DNA of 59,497 bases from Perkinsus chesapeaki ATCC PRA-425 (lineage: Eukaryota > Protista > Perkinsozoa): assembly GCA_013115145.1 (NCBI GenBank), contig JAAPAO010000162.1, forward strand, positions 1 through 59,497, given 5' to 3'. The translations under genes were made by a program, and so were the position numbers. Positions 1-12,200 of the stretch are shown here, one piece after another; the stretch's first letter is position 1, and each line of letters starts with the position of its first letter. The notes beneath the pieces were generated by a model. It worked only from the letters and a program-made list of their open reading frames with translations. It searched no databases and was not told the DNA's origin.

Positions 1-2
1 GA

Positions 3-353
3 CCTGTGAAAGAGGTTGGCAAGCTACTGGACGACATAAGCAAGTACGTTCCTTTCAAAGGCGGTAGCACGTTAAAGATTATAGATTGTTCTGACATAAG
101 TAAGCTGCCAGAAATCTGGTTCGACTTCAAAGCCGATGATGAGGAAGGTCTAACTACAAGAGTATTCATCGAAGGAAAGGACTACGCTGTTCCTTCAGAT
201 ACTTCAGGGGAGTGTACAATTGATATTGCTGGTGCTGATCTTCATGATATATTCCCTTATGAGTGGATCGTCGGTGTACCGCTCTTCAAAGGTCATTTTG
301 TTCAGTTCACCTATGATGTTGGATCTATAGGTTTTGCAAAGAGAAAGATTTGA
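3..353 (+). CDS. Pepsin-like (A1) aspartic protease, C-terminal part only (runs off window start); tandem paralogue of 1595-2728
   Basis: Colinear with the C-terminus of the 1595-2728 protein: LKIIDCSDISKLPEIWFD, RVFIEGKDYAVP, CTIDI, W-I-V-G-VPLFKGHFVQFTY. No introns. Confidence 0.9.
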   Translation, partial: PVKEVGKLLDDISKYVPFKGGSTLKIIDCSDISKLPEIWFDFKADDEEGLTTRVFIEGKDYAVPSDTSGECTIDIAGADLHDIFPYEWIVGVPLFKGHFVQFTYDVGSIGFAKRKI

Positions 354-1594
354 ATACGCCATATGAGTTTCATACCATGAGGGTGGTGGCCCACCACTGG
401 TGGGTCGATTATATCGGATGTAATACATACTTTTTCACTGAGGCTGTTGGCCTCACAAATAGTCTCTGAAGTGATGGTCTTGCGTCGTTAATAACGACTC
501 GATATTGCTCGAACCTTTCTTCACTCTTTCGTGTCGTTGCCCAAATGTAATACATTTAAGCCAGGAAAACGAAAGATGCATTAAATATCTCATCACCCCT
601 CTGTCTGGGGGAGTACTAGGTTTTAATTTTTTGCTGCAGGATCCAACGGTTACCATAGCGTTTGTCATAAAACACTAACCCGATCCGGCCGGTTCCTTCA
701 ACACTTGAATCTGCCGTCACTCTTCCCTTCCTAGCAATAGGATTCACAACCAGATATGAGTGTCTAGCTCAGTAACCTTGCGAGTCTTTTTAAAGGGCAC
801 CCCGTGCGCGGTTTCGGGTGACTATACAAGTAATTCCGCCACTAATTCGAGTCTGACTTGTCACTGATGAGGCAGCGCGAGCTGCTGCCTTGTAGAACTT
901 CTAGCAAGGAACCCAACTGGACGTGCCGGTGGATGCATTTTGATAGTTGAGAAAGTAGAATGCTTATTTCCGGTGCCTTCTCCAGCCATTAAAAAGTGCT
1001 ATGGCGATCGATGATGCACCTGGACGTTAGTGCTTTTCTTCATGAGGCGCCAATTAACCTCCTTGATTGTGTGTGAGGCTCAAGTGCGAACCGGATCACT
1101 TGCGCATAGACGCGATCTAACTCGTAGGCAGTGCTCACGTAAAAACTGTTGGGCTCGTCGGCTCGTATGTAAAAAGAGTAAGAGGTTCCTACTAAGAACG
1201 AGTAGGTTGTTAGAATGGAGGAGCTTCCAGCTTGTATGTCAGAGGAGTTAATTTTTGACGTGGATACTCTGAACATCAGGGGTGTTTTGAACACGCGTGG
1301 CGCATTCAGCAATCACCGGCGCCGATCTACTTCCGCCAAAGTTTGGAACGCTTGTCGGTTTCGCGAGCCACCAGGAATAAGCCTTCAGATACTTCTCTGT
1401 TACAAAAAAGTTAGTACTCGAAGGTCGAATCGTTGGCCTCTAATACAGACGTCTATGCACCGCCGCGTGAAACTTACGTGGCGCATCGCTCCAGGCGCAG
1501 TCTTATGAGGGCGCTAGCGCCGCTATCAGGGTTCGACGGGCTTCAGTGATCCCGTAACGTGAAGAGTTGCAAGGAGTTTTTCTCTGAAAGCTGA

Positions 1595-2728
1595 ATGACC
1601 GCTCCACGTCTACCTTGGATAATACTATGTTACATGCAAAACATTGTTCTGCTCTCATGGTTAAGCTCAGCTGTTCTTCCGCCTGGCACTGTGGACTTCC
1701 CCGTCAAGTTGATTGGAGATAATTCCTGGGTCGAGCTGGTGTTTGATGGTCAGACTGTAAGATTCATACCCGATACGGGCGGAGCCGACACGTTCGTTCT
1801 CTATAAAGATGCATTCGGGCCATCAAAATGCCAAACTTTTGCTGCCGGTTGCTATTTCTGTCCTGGTGACTCTTGCGCAGAGAGTGAGAAGGAGAACATC
1901 ACTGCAAGGTTCCTTGACGGGGGAACCTTCACCTATTTCCGACATCGCGCGACGCTCAACCTAAGACTCCAGAACAGCACTGGGGTGAAGGTTTCCGACT
2001 ACCCCTTAGGTGTAGTGAAGGAGTACTCTCCAAAGACTTGCGATCCCTCTCCCATCTTGGCATTGGGGAAGCAACCAGGATTCTCTCGTGCTCCGAACTC
2101 CTTCATTCATCAGCTCGTTCGAGGCTCGGGTGGTGCTGTACGCAGACTCGCTTTCCCAATAACCTTCCCGAGGACATCTACTGATATCGGCCATCTTACT
2201 GCAGGTGGAAACCCTGACCCAGATTGGCATGCTCCATTCGTGACACTTCATCAAAATGATAGTCGAGGATGGATACTGGATATTGACGAGGTTGGTTACC
2301 GTTCGAGGTCGGAGTCAGAAGCCATTCACATTGCCAAAGCTCGTGTTCTCTTTGATTCGGGCTCTGATGTCATTTTTGGCCCAACTACGGAAGTTAGAAA
2401 GTTGTTAAGCTTTATAGGCAAACTCGTTCATCTAAAAGGTGGCAAAGGATTGAAGATAATAGACTGCTCTGACATCAGTAAGTTGCCAGAAATTTGGTTT
2501 GATGTTGAGTCCGACGATGAGCTTTTGACGGCGAGGGTATTCATTGAAGGTAAAGACTATGCCGTTCCATTTGATGACGCGGGTAACTGTACCATCGATA
2601 TTTCCGGTGGTAAGAACCCACCAGGTCCATCTTTTACTTGGGTCATCGGCGTACCACTATTCAAGGGCCATTTCGTTCAGTTCACTTATGGTATTGGTTC
2701 GATCGCTTTCGCCAAGAAGAAGGTCTAG
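1595..2728 (+). CDS. Secreted pepsin-like (A1) aspartic protease, intronless
   Basis: 377-aa ORF with hydrophobic N-terminus, both catalytic motifs (FIPDTGG and VLFDSGS) and the C-terminal hydrophobic-hydrophobic-Gly motif (WVIG). The true start may be the second Met (MQNIVLL). Confidence 0.92.
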   Translation: MTAPRLPWIILCYMQNIVLLSWLSSAVLPPGTVDFPVKLIGDNSWVELVFDGQTVRFIPDTGGADTFVLYKDAFGPSKCQTFAAGCYFCPGDSCAESEKENITARFLDGGTFTYFRHRATLNLRLQNSTGVKVSDYPLGVVKEYSPKTCDPSPILALGKQPGFSRAPNSFIHQLVRGSGGAVRRLAFPITFPRTSTDIGHLTAGGNPDPDWHAPFVTLHQNDSRGWILDIDEVGYRSRSESEAIHIAKARVLFDSGSDVIFGPTTEVRKLLSFIGKLVHLKGGKGLKIIDCSDISKLPEIWFDVESDDELLTARVFIEGKDYAVPFDDAGNCTIDISGGKNPPGPSFTWVIGVPLFKGHFVQFTYGIGSIAFAKKKV

Positions 2729-4365
2729 GTAGGAGTGTTATGTTAAGGCCTTATTTTTTATTCGAGACTCTGGCTGGGTTTACAGTACAAGAACATTCTG
2801 TCGTAGTTCTCGCTTATGATGACCCAGCAGACGCGGTGTCCTTCATTATTAAAATCTGTCATCGCTTTTATTATCCTAGCGATTGTAAGTTCAATTAAAT
2901 GAAAAGTTGAGTTGTTTGCCAAGGTGTTTCCGGCTGTGGTACCAGATGTTTTGGAGTCCTCACCAGAATAGAGTTTAGGTTAGAGGTGTCTGAAGAGGGT
3001 TGAATGAGACACATTCTTCAAACCTCTCTCAGAGTCGGATGATACTAGGGTTAGAAGCGCTCTCTCTCTGCTACCGGTTGTTGTAGTGGCATAACTTTAG
3101 AAGAAAATATATTCAATAGATTTGGTAGCGAACAATATCCCTCCGAACCGTTATTAGTCTCCTCGCTTGTATTTTCATTCGGAGTGTAGTTCCTACCCAT
3201 GTGTCATCATGACACTGTCATGGGCATATTGATTAATACGTAATAATACCCCGTCAAATATTTCGAAGCAAACTCTAACAGGCACGCCCTAATTCTTGCC
3301 CAAGATAGCCCATATCCGTAACGCGGCGTTACCAACGCCATGGTCTCTATGTGGTTCGTACGTACTAGTCTTCAGCCTAGATGTTTCTCGAACAGAAGAC
3401 CTGACGTGGGGATACAGTATAATCTAAGTATCGACACAATACTTCAGATAAAAGAGATAGGATCTCGATTATACATCGAATGGCGCAAATAGTGATAACC
3501 ACCAGTGAAGATATACATGGAGCACCTCATAGACTTACATCTCATTTCTCGCAGTGCCCTGAAATCCCTCTACCCATGATACATCGACTATTTTCCTCAG
3601 TAAATGTAACGGAAATTATCCACACACCGATCACGAGGAGCTCTTTAAAAGTCAACGAACTTGAGACGAAGAAATATATATATTGCTTAGCATTTCTTAC
3701 GATTCTATGTAGCCAGAGCTGCTCGCCATGCAGGTACTGTTTTGTACACTAGTAGACGCTAACACAGACCTTGGAGAGCCGTCTTCGCTTTGCACACCCT
3801 GCGTTTATATAGGTGATTAGACTGTCTGAGTCAGACAGTGGTTAGGTACTGGAACATCTTTGAGGTATTGAGTCCACATTTTATGTGAACGTAAAGCTGG
3901 TTTGTGAACTTCGTCCGTGCCGAAATACTAATTTTGACAGGTCTCTTCGATTGCAGATGACCGAAGCTCTGCTCGAAGGTCTGGCAACGAAACCAAGACG
4001 CCTTTGACACCAAGTTTCCATCGAACTAAGTTCCAAGAATGAAGGTTCTGGTATGATGAACTTCATATTCAGAACACGGTCCTCGAAGACTGAATACACT
4101 AACTTCAGGAATACTTGTTTAGCTGTCTTCTATATAAATGCATCTTCCTTGGGCGCACATCCACGCGAAATGAAATGTATAAGAGCCTTCCCCATTTTAC
4201 AGCACAATTCTCACGGGCCGTCAGACCCTTCATAAGGAAAAATGTATGATAAGTTGGCTTGATATGATATCGACAAAGCAGAAACCAAGACTATTCCTAC
4301 ACGTGTGGACAATTGAATACCAATGCCACTTTAGCCTCAAAAGTCAATGCTCTGCATTAGCAAGA

Positions 4366-4563
4366 CTAGCAGCACTTCGTTCCAGTACGGAACCCCAAAC
4401 CTAGTGGTCCAGCCCAGCAATACCCCGATGAAAGGTCACACCGGAAACCGCCTGTTAAAGCATACTCCACACAGCGGTTTCCTCCACATCCTTTGTTTTC
4501 ACCGAGTACGAACATTGCCGTGACGGTTGAGAACAGAATTAGGATAGCGTAGAATGGAGGCAT
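4366..4563 (-). CDS. Small secreted cysteine-rich peptide (65 aa), function unknown
   Basis: ATG at 4563. Signal-peptide-like MPPFYAILILFSTVTA followed by C-x4-C-x10-C-x6-C-x14-CC-stop. Could instead be the first exon of a longer spliced gene. Confidence 0.5.
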   Translation of the reverse strand: MPPFYAILILFSTVTAMFVLGENKGCGGNRCVEYALTGGFRCDLSSGYCWAGPLGLGFRTGTKCC

Positions 4564-5348
4564 TGGAGCTATTTGATGTTGAGGAGTAGAGGTCACTCAG
4601 TGGCGCCTGCAGCACACGCCTTGTGCTACAGCGCGCAAGGGGAGAATAATGGCTTCCGGCTCACGGAGGGTCATACGTATCATTCGCGGGAGTGTGCAGG
4701 TATTTGGTCGTATTGTGTCTCAATGGCAACAAGTATTCGGGAAGTCTGATTGAGTCTAGCTCATGCAAGTAGGAAAATTTGGGGTAGACGTAAGAACTAG
4801 GATGCCAGAGAGCGCCAGCCTCGCACAATGATGAATGTAGTCTTTAATTTTGCCAGTTGTAAAAATTGCCCCATACCCTGCTGAGAGATGTTAATAAATA
4901 ATCTTTAGCTGTCAGTGGCGAGATGCCCAATTTAAATATACTCCAAAAAGAAGCACCTCTCAGGGTTGTATGGGACAATTCTTACAAGGCGAAATCTGAC
5001 CTCTTCCATTGAAGCCGATTTTTTTGGAATTTTTGAATTCAGATTTTTCGCCAACCCACTCGAATATCATCATGGGCCGTATGCCGTTAGGAAGTCACTC
5101 TCGAGGGCTTTCGAACGTCGCACGTGTCGTCGAAATATTCGCCCTCCTGAGAAAGTTATTCAAAAAAGCACATTTTTGGGGGGACACCCTGTAGAAGCAC
5201 TACTATATACTCTCCATAGCCTACTAATACTAACCAGCGCTCGGCACACTATTGGTAACTCAAGCAGGCAAAGTGAAATGAAATGATAAATGTAGTATAA
5301 CAACATATTAATCAACGAAGTCACAGGGCGTATCTGAGATACAGCATA

Positions 5349-5772
5349 TCACACCCTATCGTCTTCAAATATAAAACGAACTTGCTTTGGCGATTTTACA
5401 TTGCCGTACTGAAAATGAGCGAGCTGAAGTCGGGAAGGCACGTTTGAATTACAAATCGCATATATTGATCGTTATCGAGCGGCGGCTTCTTCACTGGTGC
5501 GCTACTCAGCATCGAAAGCAACGATAGACAAACCTACGTCACACGAGAGTCCTCTGGTAAGGGTATGGGCGTACCTTATGTATTGTGAGAACGGGAGACC
5601 ATTGCTCGTACAGGATTGATAAACAAATGTGACCATTGCCGTAGATGTGAGGATGAACTGGTACGCCAGGGGGAACCTGGAAATGGTCACACGCTGGGAC
5701 AAACGCATCAGGCTTACAAAAACTACTTCTGGGGAGTCGAAGGGATACTCTCGTGAGAATCTGAACCTGCAA
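5349..5772 (-). CDS. UBE2W: Ubiquitin-conjugating enzyme E2, UBE2W-like (spliced; 5' exons upstream of 5772 unresolved)
   Basis: Spliced exons give RFRFSREYPFDSPEVVF, VPVHPHIYGNGHICLSILYEQWSPVLTI, VCLSLLSMLSSAPVKKPPLDNDQY, SPKQVRFIFEDDRV*. HPH-x-Y-x-NGHICLSIL and the DD-x-stop-like tail are typical of UBE2W. Confidence 0.8.
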
Positions 5773-7922
5773 AGAAAAGAGTTTATGTAGTTATCGAATA
5801 GTAGAGCCTCCGATCTTCGACTTCGAGTAGACAATACGAGACGACTACAGCGCAGTGGGAAGCTGACAGATTCTCGCCAAATCGCAAGTGTAACGAGTGG
5901 CGCTTTGAATTGGATACGAAGTAGGCATCGGTAGGGCAGCAAGTTCGGACACTCACATAAGTTAACTATAAAGCAGCAACATCCCCAGATGTAAAGAGTG
6001 TTCCATCGGGCTCTGCTTTTCAAGTCGAATATCCCGCACTACCGAGAATTTCAACCAAGCCTTCCAGACAATCCTCGTAGCGTTTTATCCGAGCTCGAGC
6101 CCGGCACCAGTCATGACTTTTCAACCGTGGCAACCGAAGCTCTCCGTTACCGGTAGCTTGATGCGTTGCAACTCCAATCACCCGCTCTGGATCGGGCGCG
6201 AACTCCGTCGATAGGTTAAGAGCGACGTTTCGAAAATTCGACCCAAATTTCAAAGAAAAATGATACACACTTTGGTGAAACAAAACACCCGATTGAAAAT
6301 ACGGAACCTCGTGAACAGCTTCGCACTTCTACACGTTATCAGCAATTAATGTCACTTCAACTACCGCAACCCGCATTTCTGGTACGAGCCCCGGGAGCCC
6401 CGTTTTGATCCACCTTACCAACCTTAACAGCCTGCTGTCATCTCTAGGTAGGTAGCTATGAGAGCTCAAAGCCCATAATGAGTTCTGATACATCCTCTAG
6501 ATTGACTTCAGTTACTTCCCAAGCGCCCCGGAGCGATTTCTCACCGTAAGTTGAACGACTCCCCCTCATAAAGGCTTCCTTTAGCTCCAAGCATCGTCAA
6601 ACCAATGGTTGCGACGCTGCTGGAGCAGCCGTTCTCCCGCGAGCTGCTACTACTCTCAGATGGGCTTGATGATGGCCACTCAGACACGGAGGGGTCCAGA
6701 AATAGGCCTATCACCGACGCATCCGCCTGCCAAGGGCAATCAGCCTTCTACCATCAGCGGCTCCCCGATCGTTTATCTCCTCTATTTCTCGCTCCAGTCT
6801 CCGCATGAAAGGCAGCACCATTTTCCACAACAACTAGCCGCCGCCCGACCTTCTCCACTTTACTACACTCAAGACGTGGTTGTGGCTCTTGTAAGAAACA
6901 ACTATATAACGCCTGCGCCTCACGCAGAGTATCTTTGAGCTTATTATGATTCTTACGGAATACCCAAGCCACCGTTTAGCCCCATACATAACGAATTGAG
7001 CAAAGCAACTAGCATTCGTGGTGGTGGGGAAGAACATACTCAGTATTATGGAGCGAGAGGAACCTCACTCAGTTGGAACAGCTAGACGACAACAACAGCA
7101 GACTAGACAACAATTCAGTGCAGTTTTCCGAGCCCGCAAAGTGCATACCGATGGTAATACTCGCAGGCTACAGAAATGCCAGACCAAATCATCGACTTCA
7201 ACACGCACTTTTTACGGTCTCCCAAAGTCGTGCCATTTCTAGCAGTACTGAGGGCCCACGCTTACGTGCCAACGACCGCGATGCTTGCATCTCAATCGGG
7301 CTATTACGAGGCCAAGATTTGAGATGCAAACAACGAGTTGCAGGGTTGAAGGCAATGAAAGGAATGACAGCAAACATGATGTAAATACAAAGAGATTATG
7401 ACTGGGGAAGTGCAGATGAATAACCGAACTGTTGGAAGGATGAGACAGGTCGGCGACGGCGCTCAGCAGAGCTCAGATCATCACGCCTGCTGCAGTAGTG
7501 GGAGATGGTGTGAGTTAGTTAACAGACAGCGGATCATTCGCGGCTTAAACCGTGAGTGTCTCGCAGTCGCCGCGAAATGAACCAGAGAACAGTTTTAGTA
7601 CAAGTCTCAAAAGGCGAAACAAGGCTGCTGATTAACAGCTGGGGATAAAGGGCAATCTACGGTGATGATAATGAAACCGTAGGGCTTACGTCGAAATACC
7701 TCGCAAAATAACAAACGCCTTCTAGACGAAAAATATATGGCCGCTGAATACATCGGACAGGTTACGTACATATATACATATAAACCAAGGGATGTACTCT
7801 ACTCATTGGAGTAACAACTGCGGCGGCGGAGGCAGCATAGAACCACACTAAGCGCGGAAGCTGCTCCGACCGCGGTTGCCATCACAATGCAGGCCTATCA
7901 CGCACTTTTATTATTATTAATC

Positions 7923-8897
7923 TTACACTTGCTGGCATGCAGCAGAAAAGCTCTCTTGTAGGAGGAGCTCTAACTCTATCTCATCCTCAGAGTAGTACTG
8001 TGGACACCACGGCTCGTCCATAGAACTGGCACCAGTATCGTTGACAGCGGGAGCACTCAAGGATACCGGTAAGAGGCAGTTGTCATTGGCGGTTGTTGAA
8101 GGCTTTGGACTCACCAAAGGGGAGAAGCTACCGAATAAGCTGCTACTAGAGGTATCGTCCATGTAGTGACCGCTGCTGCTGTACAAAGAGCCTTCAACGG
8201 ACGAACAAACGTCACCTTCAGAAGAGCTGACTGGAGAGGAGTACCCTCCTAGGCTTGGGCTGAGGCCGCCGTCTACCTGTTTACCTGAGCCCATGCCGAC
8301 GAGCGACGGCGCGCTATAAGAATACCCCAATAATGAGGAATCGGCAGCAGTGGGGGGCTGACAAGTAGGCGAAAGGCACTGGGACAGCAGATCACGGTAG
8401 ACCGCAGCATAGTCTCGCGGGGAAGCCTCACTAGACCGATATTGGTTCGCCACACCCGACTTTCTCAGCGACTCGAGCCTCTTCATAGCAGACAGATATT
8501 GTCTATTCATCGGAGGCTTCACAGGACGCTCCCCCTTGGCAGTGGCTCTAGCATAGGCCAAGGTGAGCTTTGCACGCTTCTTCTTGGAGGGACGCTGTCT
8601 GGACTTGGCCTTACGGTTGGCTTTGCGCTCCTCATCGGCAGGTAGAGCACAGGACATGTTATGACAACGCTTGCAGTTAGGACCTTCACGGCAGCCGCGA
8701 GCAGAGTTGGCAAACCAGCAGCCACGACCACAATACGGGGAGTTGCAGGTACCAACCGATACTACACCAAGCACGACTTTACCCTGTGGAGATATGGAAG
8801 TGGGGACTTTGACAGAAGAAGGGATATATGGAACAGATCCATCAGGCAGCAACAAAGCTGCGGTGTAAGGCATTGGGGACTGAGGTACACAGCTCAT
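7923..8897 (-). CDS. C3H1-type zinc-finger protein with basic coiled segment and long Ser-rich tail, intronless
   Basis: 324-aa ORF containing CGRGCWFANSARGCREGPNCKRCH followed by KANRKAKSRQRPSKKKRAK. Confidence 0.75.
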   Translation of the reverse strand: MSCVPQSPMPYTAALLLPDGSVPYIPSSVKVPTSISPQGKVVLGVVSVGTCNSPYCGRGCWFANSARGCREGPNCKRCHNMSCALPADEERKANRKAKSRQRPSKKKRAKLTLAYARATAKGERPVKPPMNRQYLSAMKRLESLRKSGVANQYRSSEASPRDYAAVYRDLLSQCLSPTCQPPTAADSSLLGYSYSAPSLVGMGSGKQVDGGLSPSLGGYSSPVSSSEGDVCSSVEGSLYSSSGHYMDDTSSSSLFGSFSPLVSPKPSTTANDNCLLPVSLSAPAVNDTGASSMDEPWCPQYYSEDEIELELLLQESFSAACQQV

Positions 8898-9292
8898 GCC
8901 AGCAAATGCAACTGAAACGGAAAACGAATACTAGCTCTTGCAACTTGCTATTTATCATCACGGAGCATCCACATTGGCGAGCGCTAAATGAATCTTTGGG
9001 CGGAGCGAAGCGTCGCAGGAATTGCACTTTTCATCCTTCCCAAGTCTCAACCTTAGCCATAGCATGTTTCATTGTTCCAAGTGTCAATAGCTTGGAGAGC
9101 CTCTGGGGCATATGACTCTCACCACGCCCCCCCTCATACTAACGCAATGACTGGTAGCGGAAACTAATTCCAGTAGCATTTCTAGCGACCTCATCATCAT
9201 CAAAGTCAATATAATCAGCGACGTCTGAATGGTATAGCAGTAAAATCGAGAGCCCCTCTGATGGTTCATTAACGAAATGGTTCGGTTAGTTG

Positions 9293-12200
9293 TCAACGTT
9301 TAGACCGCGCCGGTTGCGGCCCTTTTGCGAGATAGCTTGTCTCCTGGATGACCACAAGTCCTCCCATGAGGGCAGTTGCTGCTACATGGCTTGTTGGTCT
9401 GACAAATAGGAATACCAAAGTAACTAGGTAACGGCAGCAGCTTACTGTGAGTGTCCCGCTCGGACGCACACTACCGCAATAGGGTCACCAGGCATCGGTT
9501 TAGTCGTTCCACCTCCACTAAAGAGATATCCAATTCCCACTTCCGGAAGTTGGAAGATTCAACTCACCTCAATATACTTGCTTTTCTTCGCCTTACCGGT
9601 CTCGTTATGGGCCTGTGGAGCTCGCAGTGGATACGTACGTTACCGCCAGAAAAGAAGGCTTGTCGATGATGCTGGACATCCGCGAATGACCGTTCCCCCG
9701 TCATGGCCCCCATGTGGGACTTCAGCGTTTTGGAGGCGTCAATGGCAGTGTAGCTGTATCGAGCGATGAGATACTGCGTCCACCGCACAAGGTCGTCCGA
9801 GGTCTTGATCCCCTGAGAGAAGGGATGGCAAGCTTTCGAGCGGGAAGAGTCCTTGCCATGAGGACGCCATCCGTCCAGCCAGTGAAGGTCCACGGGGCGT
9901 AACAGGAGGATTGAAGAGCGCTGCATGCCTGACTGTTGTAGCCTTGGCGAACTTCAGGTCGCATAAATTTACACTGAAACCGCATCCGTTGTCATCAAAC
10001 CCGCACAGGTTGGAATCCCAGCGGCGGTAGCCTCACCTGCAGTAGGGATCTGTTCGTTCCTGATATATCACAGCGACGGACGTCAAAGCTCCCCGAGGGT
10101 GGACAAGTGACATCAATTGCTAGGGCGAGTTGACACGCCAGGAAGACGTGCTAAGGGGAACGACCGTACCATCAGCCTAGAGGTGGCAGATGCTTACATC
10201 GGGGGCCATCCGAGACCAGCACAGATCTGTGACCCAGAACTTGGCAGGCGAGGCAGCTGTGGCGAGGGGATAGGGGCATGATGTAGACATCACCCATACG
10301 GAGCCATTCTCTGATGAGAAGGTAGAGCGTACGACTTCCGAGCCAACAACCCAGGTTCGAACCCCGCCACCTACGTGTTGCCACAGCGAAGAGCTCTGGT
10401 GCTTCCCCACTTTCGGGTTCGACTGGAGCCCATTGGACGGCCAACAGCTGAGACACTTCTCCAGAAGCGGAGCAGCTTAGAACCGACAAAGGCTTCCTCA
10501 GGATGTTCCTGACAAAACATGATAGGCTGATATTCGGCCTGGGCTGGACAGTTGACAGTAAGGTACGGATTCAAGAAAAGGGAGGAAAAAGATGCAACAC
10601 TTCAACGCTCGGCGAACAGTCACGTGATACCACAGACGCAGTGCGACGGAAGTATCTCTCGGATATCCCCGTCAGACCGATCGCCAAAATCTGCACCTAC
10701 TCCTTCGCCGGGCGGCCATCAGGTGCCTCCTCCTCGTCGACTCGGAAGATAGCAGCACATCCACTTTCCATTCCAGTCAGCACCCAAATCTTGTCGCGAT
10801 TCCGCATGGCATGAACTCCCAGGCACTTCTTAATCGGACGGATCTGGGCATAGGGCCTCAATTTCAACGTCGTCACTGTTGACTCCGCTATAGGAGAATC
10901 TATAATGGAGCTCGGAACCGCGTAAAGTGCCGCGTAGCCGGTGCAGAAGAGGACGCATAAGATACCTGAGAGCTCCCAGCTACCAACTGCCGATAATCCA
11001 GGACTTACCGATTCTCGATGCTGTAGCCGTAAACTCGACCCAGTGAAAGTCAGCGACCTCCTCGCCCATTAAAAGTCGGCGCATTCTTTGGACCCGCTTA
11101 CTCTCCAACGCCCACAACTGAGGGCGCCACGAGTCTCGTCACGGCTTCATGTAGCTGGGCCTACCTCTATGCTGGACTCCGTCCGAGAGGCCAATGCAAC
11201 CACCATCGGCCTGGCTTCGTACGATGGCGATAGAGACATTAGCTCCTGTGATCGACCTGTGATGATACCCAAATGCGCCACGAAATCCCTTTAGCAATTT
11301 CGTACCAGCGTTGATAACCCATCCCTGTCCCTCGATCCACACACCTTGCCCTGGTCGAACCTCAGCTGTATCAGGTGCGGCGGGATCAGTAACGCATTCG
11401 AACACAACCTCCAGCGGCTCTTCACTGTACACCGACTTCGTGGCCGTCTTAGCCAAGTCCTCCTCGTCAACATTCTAGCACAGCAATACCGCATGCCCGA
11501 AAAGCCAGCTTACTTGGAGTTCATTAGGTCCAGCGCCCCAGGAAGGAAATATATCAACGGGGTGAACGAAGGGTTCCGGCTGACAGGAGTAAAAATAGTG
11601 ACCAGATGCGCTGCTGAATCCTTACCAACTTTGGTCGAGCCCTCCTGAGAGCCGTCCAATACCGAGACGTCATCGACTTGGGTATGATTGGTGCACCGCA
11701 GTTCGCACAGACTTTCCTAGCTGAAGGCTGCAGAGAGTTGCAGGCGTCGCAGGGCTGAGGGGACGCCATTACTCCATATGACTACAAGTCTCCTCACCCT
11801 GTATCCCGGGGGAGGCGCCTCCTTCCCCTTTACTGCCAGAATCGCCCCCGCTTCCCCCATTGGAGGCACTACTGCCAAGGGACTTACTGATAGATCGCCC
11901 ATAGCAGACACCTGTTAAGCCACAAAGAACCGATCAACCTTAAGACACTAGCCTACCATCGATATCCCACGCTTTCTCTTTGTCGTTCCTTTTGGCGTCA
12001 TTTCATGCCCACATTCGGTACACTGCATTTGCCGACAGGGATTGATGGTGCCGCACTCCGAGCACGCCTATCGGCAAGACCGTCCACGACAGCCAAGGTG
12101 ATCCCAACTACCTTCTTGCCCGCCCCGACACCCTTCGACTCTCGACCTTTGCCAGTCCCCTTCTTGGCTCCCTTTGGCCGTCCTCTTTTCTTCGGGACCG

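Noticed and set aside
864-900. Hammerhead-like CTGATGA followed by a GGCAGC/GCTGCC stem
   Set aside because: No GAAA after stem II and no stem III/UH cleavage triplet, so the catalytic core is incomplete.
2970-3060. Telomere-like TTTAGG/TAGGGTTAG words
   Set aside because: Only two or three scattered, non-tandem words.
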